DNA of 64,000 bases, taken from contig BDGG01000002.1 in the NCBI GenBank assembly GCA_001949185.1, positions 8,298,448-8,362,447 on the forward strand, given 5' to 3'. This DNA comes from Ramazzottius varieornatus (lineage: Eukaryota > Animalia > Tardigrada). The position numbers and the translations under genes were made by a program. The notes beneath the pieces were generated by a model. It made no database searches. It was not told the origin of the DNA and was given only the letters and a program-made list of their open reading frames with translations. Shown here piece after piece: positions 52,852-64,000 of this stretch. How positions within the stretch are numbered: position 1 is the first letter of the stretch; each line of letters starts with the position of its first letter.

Positions 52852-55376
52852 TCAGCAAATAGAAGAATTTCAGCGAAAAACTATTGCAGATCTGTAATTT
52901 CCCGACTTTTCGACAAATATAAAGGAAGAGTCATCGAAAAAAGCACTGAAAACCCCGCAAGCGATGTGGTTGACGAATGATAGGTAAGGTCTTACCAAAA
53001 AAGCGCAAAACGTGCGAAGAGTACCAACTAAGCCTACGCTACAGCAACCAAGTGGTCAACAACTCGTAGTTTCGGGCACAGGCACTTGTGCCTGTAGTTT
53101 TTGTGCGATTGGTGAGCCATGACTCGATCAATTAGCGCGTTCAAGAGGCGCGGCCAAGTTTCGAGCCCCCTGAACAGGGCCCAATCAGAGCCTTCTCATG
53201 TGCCCCGAAAAATTTTCCGACCCCTCGAATTTCCGAAATACACCGCTGACCACAGGCGTCAGAGACAACCTCGGGTTGCGCTAACGTTCCTTCCGCCTTG
53301 CGAATTTCCTGCCTCCTTCCATCATTTGTTCATCTCTCGCTACATAGAGAAGTGAATCTATTTTCAAGCTGCCTCAGCCCCTGTTGAAGAACTCCCTATA
53401 CAAAACAGACCTGATGCAGCAAAACGGACAACCGTTGCGCGAGAATTCTTCCTCTGGGCGGTGTCAGTGTTCATACAGCATCCCGTGCGCGCCATATGAC
53501 ACCTCCGTATAGCACCTGCAGAGTCACATTTCTTCGCCGCTAAGACGGCACGCTAGACAGGGCTTTCTCTTGGCTATACTCCGCCGAATTACAAAATAAC
53601 TATCTTTGAGCTGCCTCCTTCACCCGGCTAGACAAAGTGATCAGCCAAGCACAGCGACGCGGGCAGCTAAACTGGCTCTGTTGAACCGCATCCAATTTCG
53701 CTCCTCATGGATTCAGAATTTTATTTTTAGTGCTGAGTATACTTCCATTGCTGCTAGGTTTAGCCACGTATCGCTGGTCACTTGTTTCGGTTTTATTACC
53801 GCACCACAGTGCAGCCAAGCGAACACTAGGCACGGCTCACTATTTCAAAAAGCGTGACATCGCGGAAGTCCAACCTAGACCGGCAGCGGAAACCCTTTGG
53901 ACGGAACATTGTTTGCCGATACAGCCATATTCGAAACCGCACCAGACGCCCCATCAACACCGCCTAGACCTTTACTCACATAGTCATACAGCCCGTTTCA
54001 GCCAAGTGGATCCCTTATTTTCAAGGAGCCTATGCGCCCACAAAAGAACGGGAAACTCTTCTATCATGGTTCCGTTCGATTCCCCACTCGTTTCTATGAG
54101 AGAAAAGCTGGGATTCCGTGAGAGAACCGCGAATCTCGGCTCAGACTAAAAATTGAAAACCACCGAGGTCGCTGATGGGGTGGCGCTTGACAGCCGCCAC
54201 CCCGTTGCGCGCTACGCCCACCTTCAGTAAAATACTTATAACTCAGTTTTGCAAAACTTATTCTCCGATAACATGGTATCAAAACAAAGCCCACTGAATG
54301 CTCTTTTGTTCCATGTCTTGCTAAATAGCTTTTACACTGTTGTTTTCAGTCGACGACCATCTGACTCGATGTCATGCGGACGGTCTTGAAAATAAGGTCT
54401 GAGCGGTGTTTCCACAGTCCCCATGAACTACCCAATCATGCTGGGAATTTATAAAATAAGACCGAAGCCTTTCCTGTTGATGTTTGGGAGGAATTCTATC
54501 ACCAGTGATGACTGACAAAAACAGTCGACATTTTTCGAACTCAGGAGAGCATTCGGTGATGCCTACTCGGAGCTGTTTTTCCGGGTCTGTCGAAAAAATT
54601 CTACATTCACAGAAACAGTTTCGCTTGATCTTCTTGCTGCTGCGGTATCGTTTAGACCAGGAAATTTCCTACTCTCAGCAAAAAGAAGTCGAGAACTGAT
54701 GTAGCCCGGAAATAGATATCGAGGTTTCGGTAAACGACCAAATACACTGGAAAACTCGAAAATCACACTTGAAAGGAATTATGACTGACAGTCCCCACGG
54801 ATCTGGGCTCTTTTGACTGGATAAGGTAGAACAACCTGTCTTACAAATAGAAAACAAGTTTACGCCCGAGACCCAAGCTTTCAGTTCCCTGATCTGGTTT
54901 TCATTACCGGAACTTTTGATACCCTCATCATTTTCTTTCGTAAAACGATGACGAATTCTGTTCTCGCTCTCTGTATATAGAAACGATTAAAAACATGGCG
55001 AATCGTTTGTATTATAGCTCGTAAAAAATCGGAATTATTTGCGTGGAACTGTCGAAGTCTTAAGTGGAAGAAATCAACTTGGCTGGAACAGACTGCAATT
55101 TCGAGTGTGTCGCTCCGAATTCGAAAGTCTGGATGTTTTAACTTTTTATGGTCAGAAGTTGTTCCAGCAAACGCGGGGGGAACGGGGTTACGTGGATGGT
55201 GATAAAGGGTACGGCAAAGTCAACCATGCCGGTTTGGCCTATCTATTATGTCCGTAGAACAACTTTACGGCATTTCTAGACAGCGCAAGCTTCCAAATTC
55301 GGAGCGCAGAACTGAAGCTGGGAAGCTCCAAATAAAAACTTACAGAGGTCGGGCACTCATGGGACAGCCATAATGT

Positions 55377-55784
55377 TCACAGCGGACGAATAGGTGTTTG
55401 GGAACATTCAAGTATTACGTAAGACAAGATCAAAGGCGCCGAATGGACCCCACTATCAAAGCAAATCAATGAGTGCGGCTCTGATCCATTCGGTTTGCCG
55501 AATCTTACGTAATACTTGAATGGTCCCTTTCCATTTCTTAAGAACTCCGTACCTGCTCCAATACCCATGATGCATCCGTCGTCGCATAGTGCATCCCCAA
55601 TAGCCCAAGTGGATGGACTTCCTCCTTCGCATGGCCTCGTTACACCAGACAGAAGGGCTGTGTCGGCTATATTATTTGCCTTCAGACCGCATGCGTAACA
55701 TTTCACGCCTAATGTTTTTGCCGATCTCACCTTCGTCAGAGACAGGAGTAAAACGGCCGAGGCAAATATAAACATCAAATACAT
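55377..55784 (-). CDS. Small secreted Cys-containing protein with Ly6/quiver-like N-terminus (possibly a pseudogene)
   Basis: Signal peptide MYLMFIFASAVLLLSLTKVRS, then VKCYACG...RPCEG...LCDDGC. The terminal CN motif of the fold was not found. Confidence 0.45.
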   Translation of the reverse strand: MYLMFIFASAVLLLSLTKVRSAKTLGVKCYACGLKANNIADTALLSGVTRPCEGGSPSTWAIGDALCDDGCIMGIGAGTEFLRNGKGPFKYYVRFGKPNGSEPHSLICFDSGVHSAPLILSYVILECSQTPIRPL

Positions 55785-58700
55785 GGCAGGGCGATCGAAA
55801 TGCACTAGTACAAACGCTAGGTTCCGACATACAAATTTACATCACGCACTGCGAGCAGTGTCTGACATTCAGACAGTGAATACTTGCAGCTTCGCAACAG
55901 TTCAATGCTCGAATTAGAATCCAAAGATCATCTGCAACACGGACGCATTTTCAGACGAAGTCCACGCTTCGTTGTTCCATGAGCAGCACTCACCCCTCGA
56001 GCTATCATCGGTGCCTTAAAGCGCTCCTTTGCCATGGCCATCGGTATGGTCAGAAAGTTTCTATCGAGCCGCGTGATGCTTTAGCTCGGGTCGATATTCA
56101 CAGAACCTCGCTTGCAAAGCATAGAAAGGTAGAAACCCAAAGTAGCGGGAAGCGACAAGGTGGCTTCCGCTTACTCGACCTGGATTACCAGCGGCATCCG
56201 GTTGTAACCCAAAAATCAGCGGTGTGCGCTGCATGTTGTAGATCAAGCGCATTATCAACACGCGATCTAATGCAATGAATCTTTTCCTCCCGGGAGAGTT
56301 TTGAAAGCAAAGTGCTTGAGACATTACAGTACTTTCGGATATTCTGATTAAGTAGCGATTTAGCTAAATCAAAGCCGGCTGCATACCTTTCAGGCGCCTG
56401 ACAAGACAATAAACAAACAGGGACGTCTGCGCGATACCGCCGGCTGCAGAAGCAGACTGGCTTACGGTGGTGGGCGTTAGTTTGCCTTTGACCCTTTGAG
56501 CATAATCGTGAGAAAGGAGAACCACTTTTTCTAGTCTTCTCCTCTCAACTTGCGTTATTCGCCCTGTTCCGTTTCTCCGCTTTGGGACAGGCAGGCTTTC
56601 CCAGAGATCCTTGAAGAGTGTTTCCACATCGGTACAGTGAGGGCACAATGCTTCGTTTCTGTTGGATTCAGCGGTGCTTCAGGATGTTACGCTGATTGCG
56701 TTCCACAAGATAATCCAGACTGAATCCAACGTGTTACGTGTGGAGTGTGGAGGAGCCATATACGGTCAGAGACATGGGCAGACACACGGGAAGGCCAGTG
56801 TACGCAGCCACCCAAGAACGAAAGAGGAGAGGGAATGAGGATCCTGCAAGCCAATCAACTGCTACATCCCCTGAACAACTGACGGCGCCGAAGCCTTTCC
56901 ATAAAGTCTCCAACTGCTCCCGGCATCGACCGCAGTTCTTCATCGAATTTCAAGGCGGCAAGGTTGCTAGCAGTGCTCAACATTATGGCTGATGTCAGGC
57001 ACAACCTGACGCCGCGAGAGTCGAACGCTGTACAGAGGAACAAGCAGTTGCAAAAGAAGTAGCCTAAACATGAAGTGCTAAATATGTTGTTGCACGGAAA
57101 AATCAACGATGGCGATGAAACCAGAGTGCTTCGAGTACTTTCCTCACAGGATAGCGAGAAAAGTCAAAGCTGTGATTGAAATCCTTGTTGACATCGGATC
57201 AGATTTATCTGAGAACGGCAAGAGCACAGTTTTCACCGTCCGGGCGCACGCAAAAGATGGAGTGAAACTTCATGACTATATCATAAAGTCCCATGTTTCG
57301 TCAAAACGACCTGACTTTCAAAACTCGCAAAGACAGTGCAGAAAAGGAATGCGCCATCTGATCAAATTATCCCTCAGAGATGAGTCGCAAACTTAATGAG
57401 TCCGGTAGGAGGAAGAGGGATACTGCGACTTGGCCTCATACGTAGGCCGGATTTTTCCATTGGATCCACAAAATGCTTTGGAAAATGCTGTATTTCGAGT
57501 TTCTATTGATGCGTTGTTTCGTCCTTCGATCGACCTTGCCAGTGGTGAGAACCATATCGTTGTCGACGAATCCCACTGAATCCGTCCAACTTACTTCGTG
57601 TAGAGATTAGAGTTACACACTCACATGAACTTGTGTCTTGAACTTTCTTTTCTCTGTTTTGTCAACTACTGATTATAGTTTAGCGTTCCCTTCGTTCTGA
57701 GTTTCTCAGCTCCACTGTAAGGCACTTTCGATTTCTTTCAACCATTGCGTGACTCAAAGCTATGATTTTTCCGAAGCCACACATTGCGCTCCGTTTCGCG
57801 AGACGAAGCAGCTAACAAGCGTGCTGCAGGAGGTTGGGTAAAATATCTTCGTTCTGGATACTTTTTTGCTTGGTGTTCACCCGTATGGAGCACGGAAGCT
57901 GATGTTGGGCAACAACGTGCTCGGGGAGTTTGTTGAATTCAATTCCCCCCAAACTTCGTAAACCTTGACAAGACTTTGGTGTATCTCTCTAAGTCCTCGC
58001 TGGATATTTGGGGAAGAACGGGAATTCAAAAAAAACGGAATTTGGTACCGCGTATACTTCGACCACCTTACAGAGAACGCAAAGTTGCCCCTTTCTTTAC
58101 CTTTTTGGCTCGGATGAATGTGAGCGGACCGGCCTCAGATCGCAAGGTTACAGTTAAAAGTGAAAAAATGCAGGCTTTTACGACGATCTGAAAAAAACCT
58201 GACATGTTTTGACAGAGCGGCAGCACCGCAAAAACTTCTAAATGGTAAGCAGCACGAAAAGAAATTACGGTCACTGTCTGGTTGCTATCCCACAGTCTTG
58301 ACCGTTGTAAAATTCATCTGCCCCTCATAACGATAGTCGCATACCAGACCTCGCCGCCACGGTTAAGACTGATAAAAGGCTCGTCCTTCATCGGACAAAA
58401 TTATTGAGTCTGCTGAAGCAATACCTTTTGGAGACTGGTCTAGAGTGCACAATCCCCACAACTGTAAAAGATGGGACTGGGAACTCTCCTTTGTACTCCA
58501 AGAAGAAAGGACGTGACACCGAAGAATTGCCACGATTTTCAGAATCAGAGCACAAGAAGCGCTAGATGCTTTCAACAATATGTGTTGCTGAAACGTTCAG
58601 GACAAACTGTTTACTCATCTCTGGATCACAGCACGAGTTACGATGATCTGGGTTTTTCGTGGAATTGTTTATCGTATGTTGTACTACAAGACATCGGTCC

Positions 58701-59145
58701 ACTTTTTCTACTTGCCTCAGTTTGTTGAAGTTAGGTGACCTGCATGTCAATCTGAGGGTGTGTTCTTACGATTATCAGACACAAGTAGTCTGCTAAACAG
58801 ACCTAGCCAAGAAATTTCGTGACCGTTCTCCAACTTTGAACACCGGAGAAGAAGATGCACGTCTGAGTATCGACGCTAGCTCGCACCCCATTTGTGCTTC
58901 TGAATTTTGAAGACTATTCGAAGGCATCTGAAAATTGAAATGTCCATTGATCAGTTTCTTAGTGCAGTCCAGGGGCAAATCCGTCAGCCCGTCGAGCATT
59001 AGCTACATTTTTTCGTGCCGGATCATGCATAGACCAGCGGTCCCAGTGGTTGAACTAGACAATGTACAGGTGGGACTAGTGATGTTGGTATATATGAATA
59101 TTATATTAAATTAGAACTTATCAGATGCCCTTTGCATCTAATATA

Positions 59146-60426
59146 TCAGGTGATAAGGTATGACTTGTCGGCCACCAACATAAAATTTTATTACAACTTT
59201 CCCCAGTTTGAATCTAATCCTTTTCAATCGAAGTGTTCACCATTGCCATCGACACACTTTTGCCATTTTTCCGGCAGACAAGATAGGCCTTTACGGAAGA
59301 ACTCGAGAGAAAGAGAACGGGGGAAGTTCTCGAAGGCATTTTTCACAGCTTCTTCGGAATTAAATTTTCTTCCTCTCAAAAAGTTATCAAAATTCAAAAA
59401 GAAGTGATAATCTGTTGGAGCTAAGTCAGGACTGTATGGTGGATCAGGAAGAGTTTCCAGACCGAGCTCGCGTAATTTGGCAGAAGTCTTTTTCGCGGAG
59501 TGAGCTTTTGCGTTGTCGTGTAGCAGCAGGGGCTTGTCACGATTGATCAACTTTGGTTGCTTGACGGTCAGCTTCTTCATCATTTTCTCCAGTTCCAGAG
59601 AGTAGTAGTCTGCTACCATTGTTTTGCCAGGAGGAAGAAAGTCATAGTGCACTGTCCCTTCCATTGTCCACCAAACAGTAACCATAATCTTGCATTGGTG
59701 AAGCTCAGGCTTTGAAATAGTTTTCGGGACTTCACCTGGGCTCACAATTACCTTCTTCCGCTTCCGGTTGTTGTAAAGAATTCACTTCTCATCACACGTA
59801 ACAATTCGATGCAGGAAAGGTTCGTTTCTGGAACGGTTGAGGAGAGAAAGACACGTCCACACGATGCCTTTTCTGGATGCGCTAAGTTCATGAGGTACCC
59901 ACTTTTCCAACTTTTTCACCTTACCGATCTGACGAAGGTGCAAATCAATAGTCACGGGTGATATGTTGAAGTGTTGAGACAATACGGCAGACGTTTGGGA
60001 AGGATCGGACTCCACCAGCTTTCTCAGCTCGTCGTTGTTCACTTTCAGTTTTGGCCTTCCGTGAGGGTGATCTTCGAGACTGAAATCTCCCGAACGGAAA
60101 CGAGCATACCATCGTTCCACCGTACGTTCGTTAGTGGCTTCTTCACCAAACACATTGTTGATATTCCGGGCTGTCTGTGCTGCGTTGGTGCCGCGACGAA
60201 ATTCATACTCGAAAATAGTCCGTAACTTGCTCTTGTCCATGGGCGCGCCAACAACTCCACAGAGAGGGCAGAAGCAACAAACTAACATGAACGAAGCAGG
60301 GAAAGATAGTAGACGAACACTAGCATCGACACAAAAAAACGAGACGAAACGATCGCGCTAAAAGAGAGATATGGATTTTTCAATGTGAGACTGGTGTGAG
60401 CCGACAAGTTATACCTTATCACCTGA
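59146..60426 (-). mobile_element. Full-length mariner (DD34D) element, 1281 bp
   Basis: TIR TCAGGTGATAAGGTATRACTTGTCGGC at both ends, flanked by TA. Confidence 0.95.
59224..60240 (-). pseudogene. Mariner transposase with a premature stop and a frameshift
   Basis: MDKSKLR...HTH region, WVPHEL, IVTCDEK* (W codon read as TGA), HDNA, PPYSPDLAPTDY. Confidence 0.95.
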
Positions 60427-61607
60427 TATTATATTAACATTTATTAGATGCCTCGACCGAGGCAGGATACTTATCAGTATTAAATTAGATGGAAGCCAGA
60501 GCTGAATATATTATATAAAAATCAACTCGCACGGCGCTTCATATTAAAATTATTAATATGCGATTTCGGCTTCGGTTAACTAAAATAAAGCTTGATTTGC
60601 GCCAAGCGAAAGCGTGCGACTCTGCAAAGTGCGCTGTTCGGTTGGATCATAACGTATCACGCACCTGCGGTCCTGCACATTAGCGTATATTGATCACCGT
60701 TCGGGGCAATACATTGATTGTCTACTTCGTTTGATTGGATGGTGCAGGTTCGTGAGCCCGGCGATCCACCTGCATACTCGAAATGCTCATTGCTGTATGC
60801 GAGGTCGTCTACTTTTACAGGTTCTGTTTTGCGCTTTCGAGCGCTCTGTGTGTCGTTTCTCTAGAAATTGCAGGATAGTATGAGGATACCAGCATGGGTG
60901 GAAAAGAAGGGAGTTTCTTGGAAGAATTTTGATCTATCTGTTGCTGGATCTGAAGATTTGGTCAAATGATAAAATTTGGGAGAGGAATGTTCCCTGGCTT
61001 TGTTCGCACACCGATCAGAAATATTATAATATATTATGATAAGCACCCGACGAAACAAGTTGATATATTAATATCATATTAGATCCTCCGAGGTCACGGC
61101 ATTTTATATTGAGATTATATTCGAACTCTAGCAGCTTGGCTTTATTATATCAAAATTATATTAGGTCGGGATACCCTTATGCCAACATCACTAGGTGGGA
61201 CGCGAGCTAGCGACAACCCATGCGAAGTCATCGCATTTACAGTAGATGAGGCGGAGCTGCGCATGTGCAACGGTAAAACCTACCAATAAAGAGCGTGCGC
61301 ATGCTTGACGGCACGTTATGCTTTCCATATCGCAATTTCGTTAATGACAGGCGTTGCGCGAATCCTACCTCTGAGACAATGGCATAAAACCGCCGATCTG
61401 AGGCTACAGCAGTGGACATATAACAAATCTATCCGAAACGGCCAATCCGCAGGATATGCGGCTGCGTTGTGTTAGTAAAAGTTTCGGTTATCGGTAATAC
61501 CGTTTGGTTGTGAAAATTCCGGCACTAAAGACAGAACCCTCATCGAATATGCTGTAACTAGATTTACTCGTATTGTTCGCGAATGTTTGCTGACTGAACG
61601 TTCTTAA

Positions 61608-62082
61608 CACCTTGAGCACCGGGTGGGAAACTAACTTCCCGACGCACACTAATATGTAAGTGGCGAGATACCAGTTTAACTTTTGCTTCTCGTTTCTCCC
61701 GTTTGCCCGAAGAATTAACGTCCCTCCAAACCACAATTAGCAGCCTCTGAAGAGGGTATCTGCAAAACTGCCTGGAATTCTGTCCGTTTCCGATGGAAAT
61801 TATTTTTCAGTCAAAAAATTCTAGTCCGAGTCCAAACATGTCTGCATCTAGAATGTTTCAGCTTCGAGAAATCAGCTATCCGGTGGTCAAAAAAATGAAG
61901 GTTGGTCGTTTCAAGTTGATAGGTGGCGCCCTGTACATTATATTACCGAATTTTGACCAATCGGTAAGATGGTGATTGTTCTTATCTGGCGACGCTCCCC
62001 AATTTCAAGCAGTTAAAAAAAAGCGAATGTGACTTTCCCACCTCGTATTCTGAAAACCCGAAATCGCGTGGTGCTCAAGGTG
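61608..62082. mobile_element. piggyBac-type MITE (475 bp)
   Basis: TTAA|CACCTTGAGCACC ... GGTGCTCAAGGTG|TTAA: 13-bp perfect TIR and TTAA TSD. Confidence 0.85.
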
Positions 62083-62769
62083 TTAATCGATAGACACAAG
62101 CTACACGAGTATTATCCTCTGGTTGGCATGGCTCATCCAGATCATCATGATTGCCTCCCTCAGATGATCTGAAAATAGTTTCTCCATACTTTTACTGGTG
62201 AGTTTCAGCGAGCAGAAATACTGTCCTTTACTTTGCTTCAACTCATGAGTACCTGGCTATCTAATGTAGCCAGGCCTCCAATGAAATCTTTGGTGTCGGG
62301 CTAGTCAAGCAACGAAAACTTTATGTTGATATAGTAACCGAACTGAATTTGATTATCGTACCGTGGACAGCTTATTTCTCGATCAGTTTCTTATCCAGCA
62401 TGGATCAAACCATGATTTTTGTACTGCTTTTGTCAGGTGAATGACTGCTCGTTTATGCTCTTGACTGCTATGATTGTACGGGAATGCAAGGATACCCGTA
62501 CGACGCCTGCTCGAAACCACTGTCGAAACGGCAATGCATTCGGGAGGGTGTAGTTCTTGCTACACGACGTTGTTCGATGATGGCCCTTACAGTAGGCGAT
62601 TACAGATTTAAACTGGACAAAGCATCTTACAAGGACCGTCAGGGCGCCAAAAATCAAGGACATACAATGTAAGGCAGGGAAGTTGTCCCCAAAACAGTTT
62701 TCTTTTCTTACAAGATTCTCCGTTTCTTTTATTTGGCCGGGTTTTTTCGACAAATTCAATAGACAATGG

Positions 62770-63208
62770 ACCAATTTCAGAGATGGTTGGTGACCAATCA
62801 AAAACAGCCAAAAGATGTGGCAAACATTCTAGTATCTGGTGATATCCTTTGAAAAACGTCTCTGTGATTTTCGACGAAGTGTTAGGTAAAGGGCGTTTTT
62901 CCTCTCGAATATTTTTGAGGCTGGCTTGGACCTCTAGTCTAGCCAGTGGACTTGCCAAATCCAATCCCGGACTACTGCAAAGTAGTTGCAAAACCGTCAT
63001 TTTGTCTTGAGGACAGATTTGGTGCAGAAACAACAAGTGACTGTCGAGTATCGTGTCAAGATCCGGTAAACTCCATCGAACATGCCCTTTACCTAACACT
63101 TCGTCGAAAATCACAGACACGTTTTTCAAAGGATATCACCAGATACTAGAATGTTTGCCACATCTTTTGGCTGTTTTTGATTGGCCACTGACCATCTCTG
63201 AAATTGGT
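62770..63208. mobile_element. MITE-like element with ~125-bp inverted repeats
   Basis: 62770-62894 is the near-perfect reverse complement of 63085-63208. TSD unclear. Confidence 0.75.
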
Positions 63209-63433
63209 AATGAAGTCTCAAAAGAGAAGTAGTTTTGGCCTATTTTCGAATTAACTTGCCGACTTCATTTATTGATTGCTGGTAGCCGGCATGACGTCAC
63301 TGTAGAGACCAAAGACCTAAATATCAAAGGTAAAGTTCTGATGCTTTAGTGTTGCTGAGGAATTTGTCAACGGACGGTGCAAAAATTCATAAAAGCAGTC
63401 GTCTGAACAACACGACTGAAAATAACTCCTCTA

Positions 63434-63595
63434 CATTTCATACGTATATCTGAGTGTGAAAAGACTGAAAGAACATTCGTCTATCGAACGCTAAAAGATA
63501 CCGTTCGGACGACTGATTCTACCTTTCTGAACGATATAGCGTTCGATAGACGAATCTTTTTCGGTCTTTTCACACCCAGATATACTTATGAAATG
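63434..63595. mobile_element. Tc1/mariner-type palindromic MITE (162 bp)
   Basis: TA|CATTTCATA...TATGAAATG|TA with ~60-bp arms. Confidence 0.75.
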
Positions 63596-63611
63596 TAGAA
63601 AAGAACAAAGC

Positions 63612-63955
63612 GGACTTGTCAATGCAAAATCGCATGGCGAACTTGTCAGCGTCGGATCTGACGAAGTACTGGGTCGTTTTGCTTGCTCCTCGGTTCTTTA
63701 GATGAAAGAAACCTTGTGGAAATTTGCCGCACTGGTCCAGAAGCTAAGGGTAATACAGAGAGTCTGTTGTCGGGTCTAACAGGAAGAGAGGTTTCTCCAA
63801 TGTTAAAATGCCCGTGGGAAAATTTTTCAGAGAGCCAATAGGGATGTGCGTGTCGCGTTTCGTTAAGTCGTGAGGGGTACGGTAATAGGACGTGTCGCCA
63901 CCGCGCGGCCTAAAAGCTGACAAGTTCGCAATGCGAATTTGCATTGCAAGTCCGG
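63612..63955. repeat. Inverted repeat pair (~40 bp arms), probable MITE
   Basis: CGGACTTGTCAATGCAAAATCGCATGGCGAACTTGTCAGC versus GCTGACAAGTTCGCAATGCGAATTTGCATTGCAAGTCCG. Confidence 0.6.
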
Positions 63956-64000
63956 TATGTTCTCCTCGTACCTTGTTGCTGCAGGGTAGCTGATCGTGCA

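Larger units (their letters stand above)
59077..61193. mobile_element. Non-autonomous hAT element (interrupted by a mariner)
   Basis: TIR TAGTGATGTTGGYATA at both ends; perfect 8-bp TSD GGTGGGAC (59069-59076 and 61194-61201). Confidence 0.9.

Noticed and set aside
55900-58900. Cys-containing ORF fragments (CPHC etc.) possibly from a decayed transposon
   Set aside because: Too fragmented to assign.
62608-63129. 173-aa ORF
   Set aside because: Runs through a MITE inverted repeat; no protein features.

Overview
Eukaryotic (animal) genomic DNA from a very compact genome with many 55-100 nt GT-AG introns. The style resembles a tardigrade-like ecdysozoan, but that is inference only. A gene-dense core (about 5.4-46.6 kb) holds a BMP-type R-Smad (Mad/Smad1-like), synaptotagmin-4, LUC7-like, a two-chromodomain protein plus a broken paralogue, a secreted S/T/P-rich protein, an intronless beta-1,3-glycosyltransferase, PRPSAP, TXNL1, a small type II membrane protein, condensin II CAP-G2 and PPIP5K/Vip1. 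The flanks (1-5 kb and 47-64 kb) hold DNA transposons: hAT MITEs with 8-bp TSDs, a Tc4/Tc5-like element in a CTNAG site, a mariner nested in a hAT element, a piggyBac-type MITE and a Harbinger-like Myb remnant. The most striking unexplained signal is a family of 17 short palindromic clusters, consensus CAAGTGGCGCAC-N25-GTGCGCCACTTG. They are usually doubled with a ~23-nt linker (period ~72 bp) and lie almost only in introns of the conserved genes. The 12-bp arms and the 25-nt spacer length are conserved while the spacer sequence has diverged heavily, and no full units were seen in the transposon-rich flanks. All exon boundaries, counts and alignments were made by eye.
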